From the NCBI GenBank assembly GCA_964551375.1, contig CAZKBG010000001.1, positions 270,001 to 302,000 on the forward strand: DNA of 32,000 nt, given 5' to 3'. Made by a program: the position numbers and the translations under genes. Position 1 is the stretch's first letter. Each line of letters opens with the position of its first letter. Below the pieces are notes generated by a model. That model was not told the DNA's origin and made no database searches. It worked only from the letters and a program-made list of their open reading frames with translations. Shown piece by piece: positions 31,569-32,000 of the stretch. Source of the DNA: an uncultured archaeon. Its GTDB lineage: Archaea > Iainarchaeota > Iainarchaeia > Iainarchaeales > JAAZKV01.

Positions 31569-32000
31569 TTAATGAACGGGCCTATATGTCTCTCCGCGCT
31601 TATATTTTTTCTCTTCATCAGCCTTTTCGCGAAGATAAGACAAGTACTCATGCTTATAATTTTGAACATGAAATAGCTTTCCAGTATCAAGGAATTTTGA
31701 AATATTCTCAAGGAAAACATTTGAGCCCATAACAGAAGGCATTGCAACAAAATCAACTCCTTCTTCATAAAAGTGCAAAGTGTCCGAGAAATAGTGCGCA
31801 AGCGCAAAGGTTGTCAAATTAGGAGCGTATGCTTTTGCATCATCAAGCATTTTCATAGAATTCTTCTTATCCATTATTGTGGAAACCAAAAGCTTTGCCT
31901 GCCTCAAGTCAAGCCTGTCCCAGATTGAATTTGATTCAGAAGTACCGTAAAAATAAGGCAACCCGTCAGCCACGCCCTGCTTTACAACTTCAGGGTCGTA
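31569..32000 (-). CDS. Hypothetical protein, N-terminus beyond right window edge
   Basis: The frame stays open upstream of the GTG at 31973 (YDPEVVKQG-VADGLPYFYG...), so the gene continues past nt 32000. I recognise no motif in the visible 143 codons. Confidence 0.6.
   Translation of the reverse strand, partial: YDPEVVKQGVADGLPYFYGTSESNSIWDRLDLRQAKLLVSTIMDKKNSMKMLDDAKAYAPNLTTFALAHYFSDTLHFYEEGVDFVAMPSVMGSNVFLENISKFLDTGKLFHVQNYKHEYLSYLREKADEEKKYKRGETYRPVH

Noticed and set aside
31526-31807. 68-aa plus-strand and 82-aa minus-strand ORFs overlapping the 3' end of the right-edge gene
   Set aside because: They overlap the longer open frame (31569-32000, minus) that continues beyond the window. 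They have no independent signals and their translations look atypical.
1-32000. Search for tRNA, rRNA, CRISPR arrays, transposases, integrases and prophage or defence-island hallmarks
   Set aside because: All intergenic gaps are 228 nt or shorter and AT-rich, with no cloverleaf-compatible GC-rich segments. There is no regularly spaced direct-repeat array. No ORF carries DDE, tyrosine- or serine-recombinase, Cas or restriction-modification motifs that I can recognise. Absence is judged by eye only; tRNAscan-SE, Infernal and minCED would be decisive.

Overview
All calls come from reading the ORF translations and the DNA by eye, so family names rest on recognised motifs, not database hits. The window is a densely coded, low-GC (high-30s % by eye) stretch of archaeal chromosome. 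Archaeal markers are TFB (cut by the left edge), diphthine synthase, a Trm5/Met-10 methyltransferase, an Mth938-like protein, and DUF63- and DUF357-like proteins. TTTAAATA-type TATA boxes sit about 25 nt upstream of many start codons, which suggests leaderless mRNAs. These housekeeping genes sit among many small lysine-rich or membrane-anchored orphan proteins, with almost no biosynthetic genes. That mix fits a small-genome DPANN-like archaeon, which is an inference. I support about 36 CDS: tfb, rnhB, scpB, a NUDIX hydrolase, leuS, trxB, nth, dinB, a SAM methyltransferase, an ABC exporter, a glutaredoxin-like protein, scpA, a KaiC/RadC-like ATPase, an MBL-fold hydrolase, adk, a threonine-synthase-like PLP enzyme, trm5, dph5, a SprT/DUF45-like metalloprotease and numerous hypotheticals. 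I found no rRNA, tRNA, CRISPR array, transposase, integrase or reverse transcriptase. I did not find a clear-cut novel multi-gene system. The items most worth follow-up are: (1) a 1307-aa sequon-dense, membrane-anchored surface protein made of two paralogous beta-helix modules plus tandem Ig-like repeats, divergently paired with an orphan basic/acidic/2-TM protein; (2) a zinc-ribbon protein with a histone-H1-like Lys/Ala/Pro tail directly downstream of scpB; (3) a thioredoxin reductase lacking both NADPH-binding signatures, tightly linked (3-nt gap) to a minimal nucleotidyltransferase-like ORF; (4) a bacterial-type LeuRS in an archaeal context; (5) a membrane-tethered ArsR-type regulator; (6) a palindromic element with mutually exclusive hairpins in the largest intergenic region.
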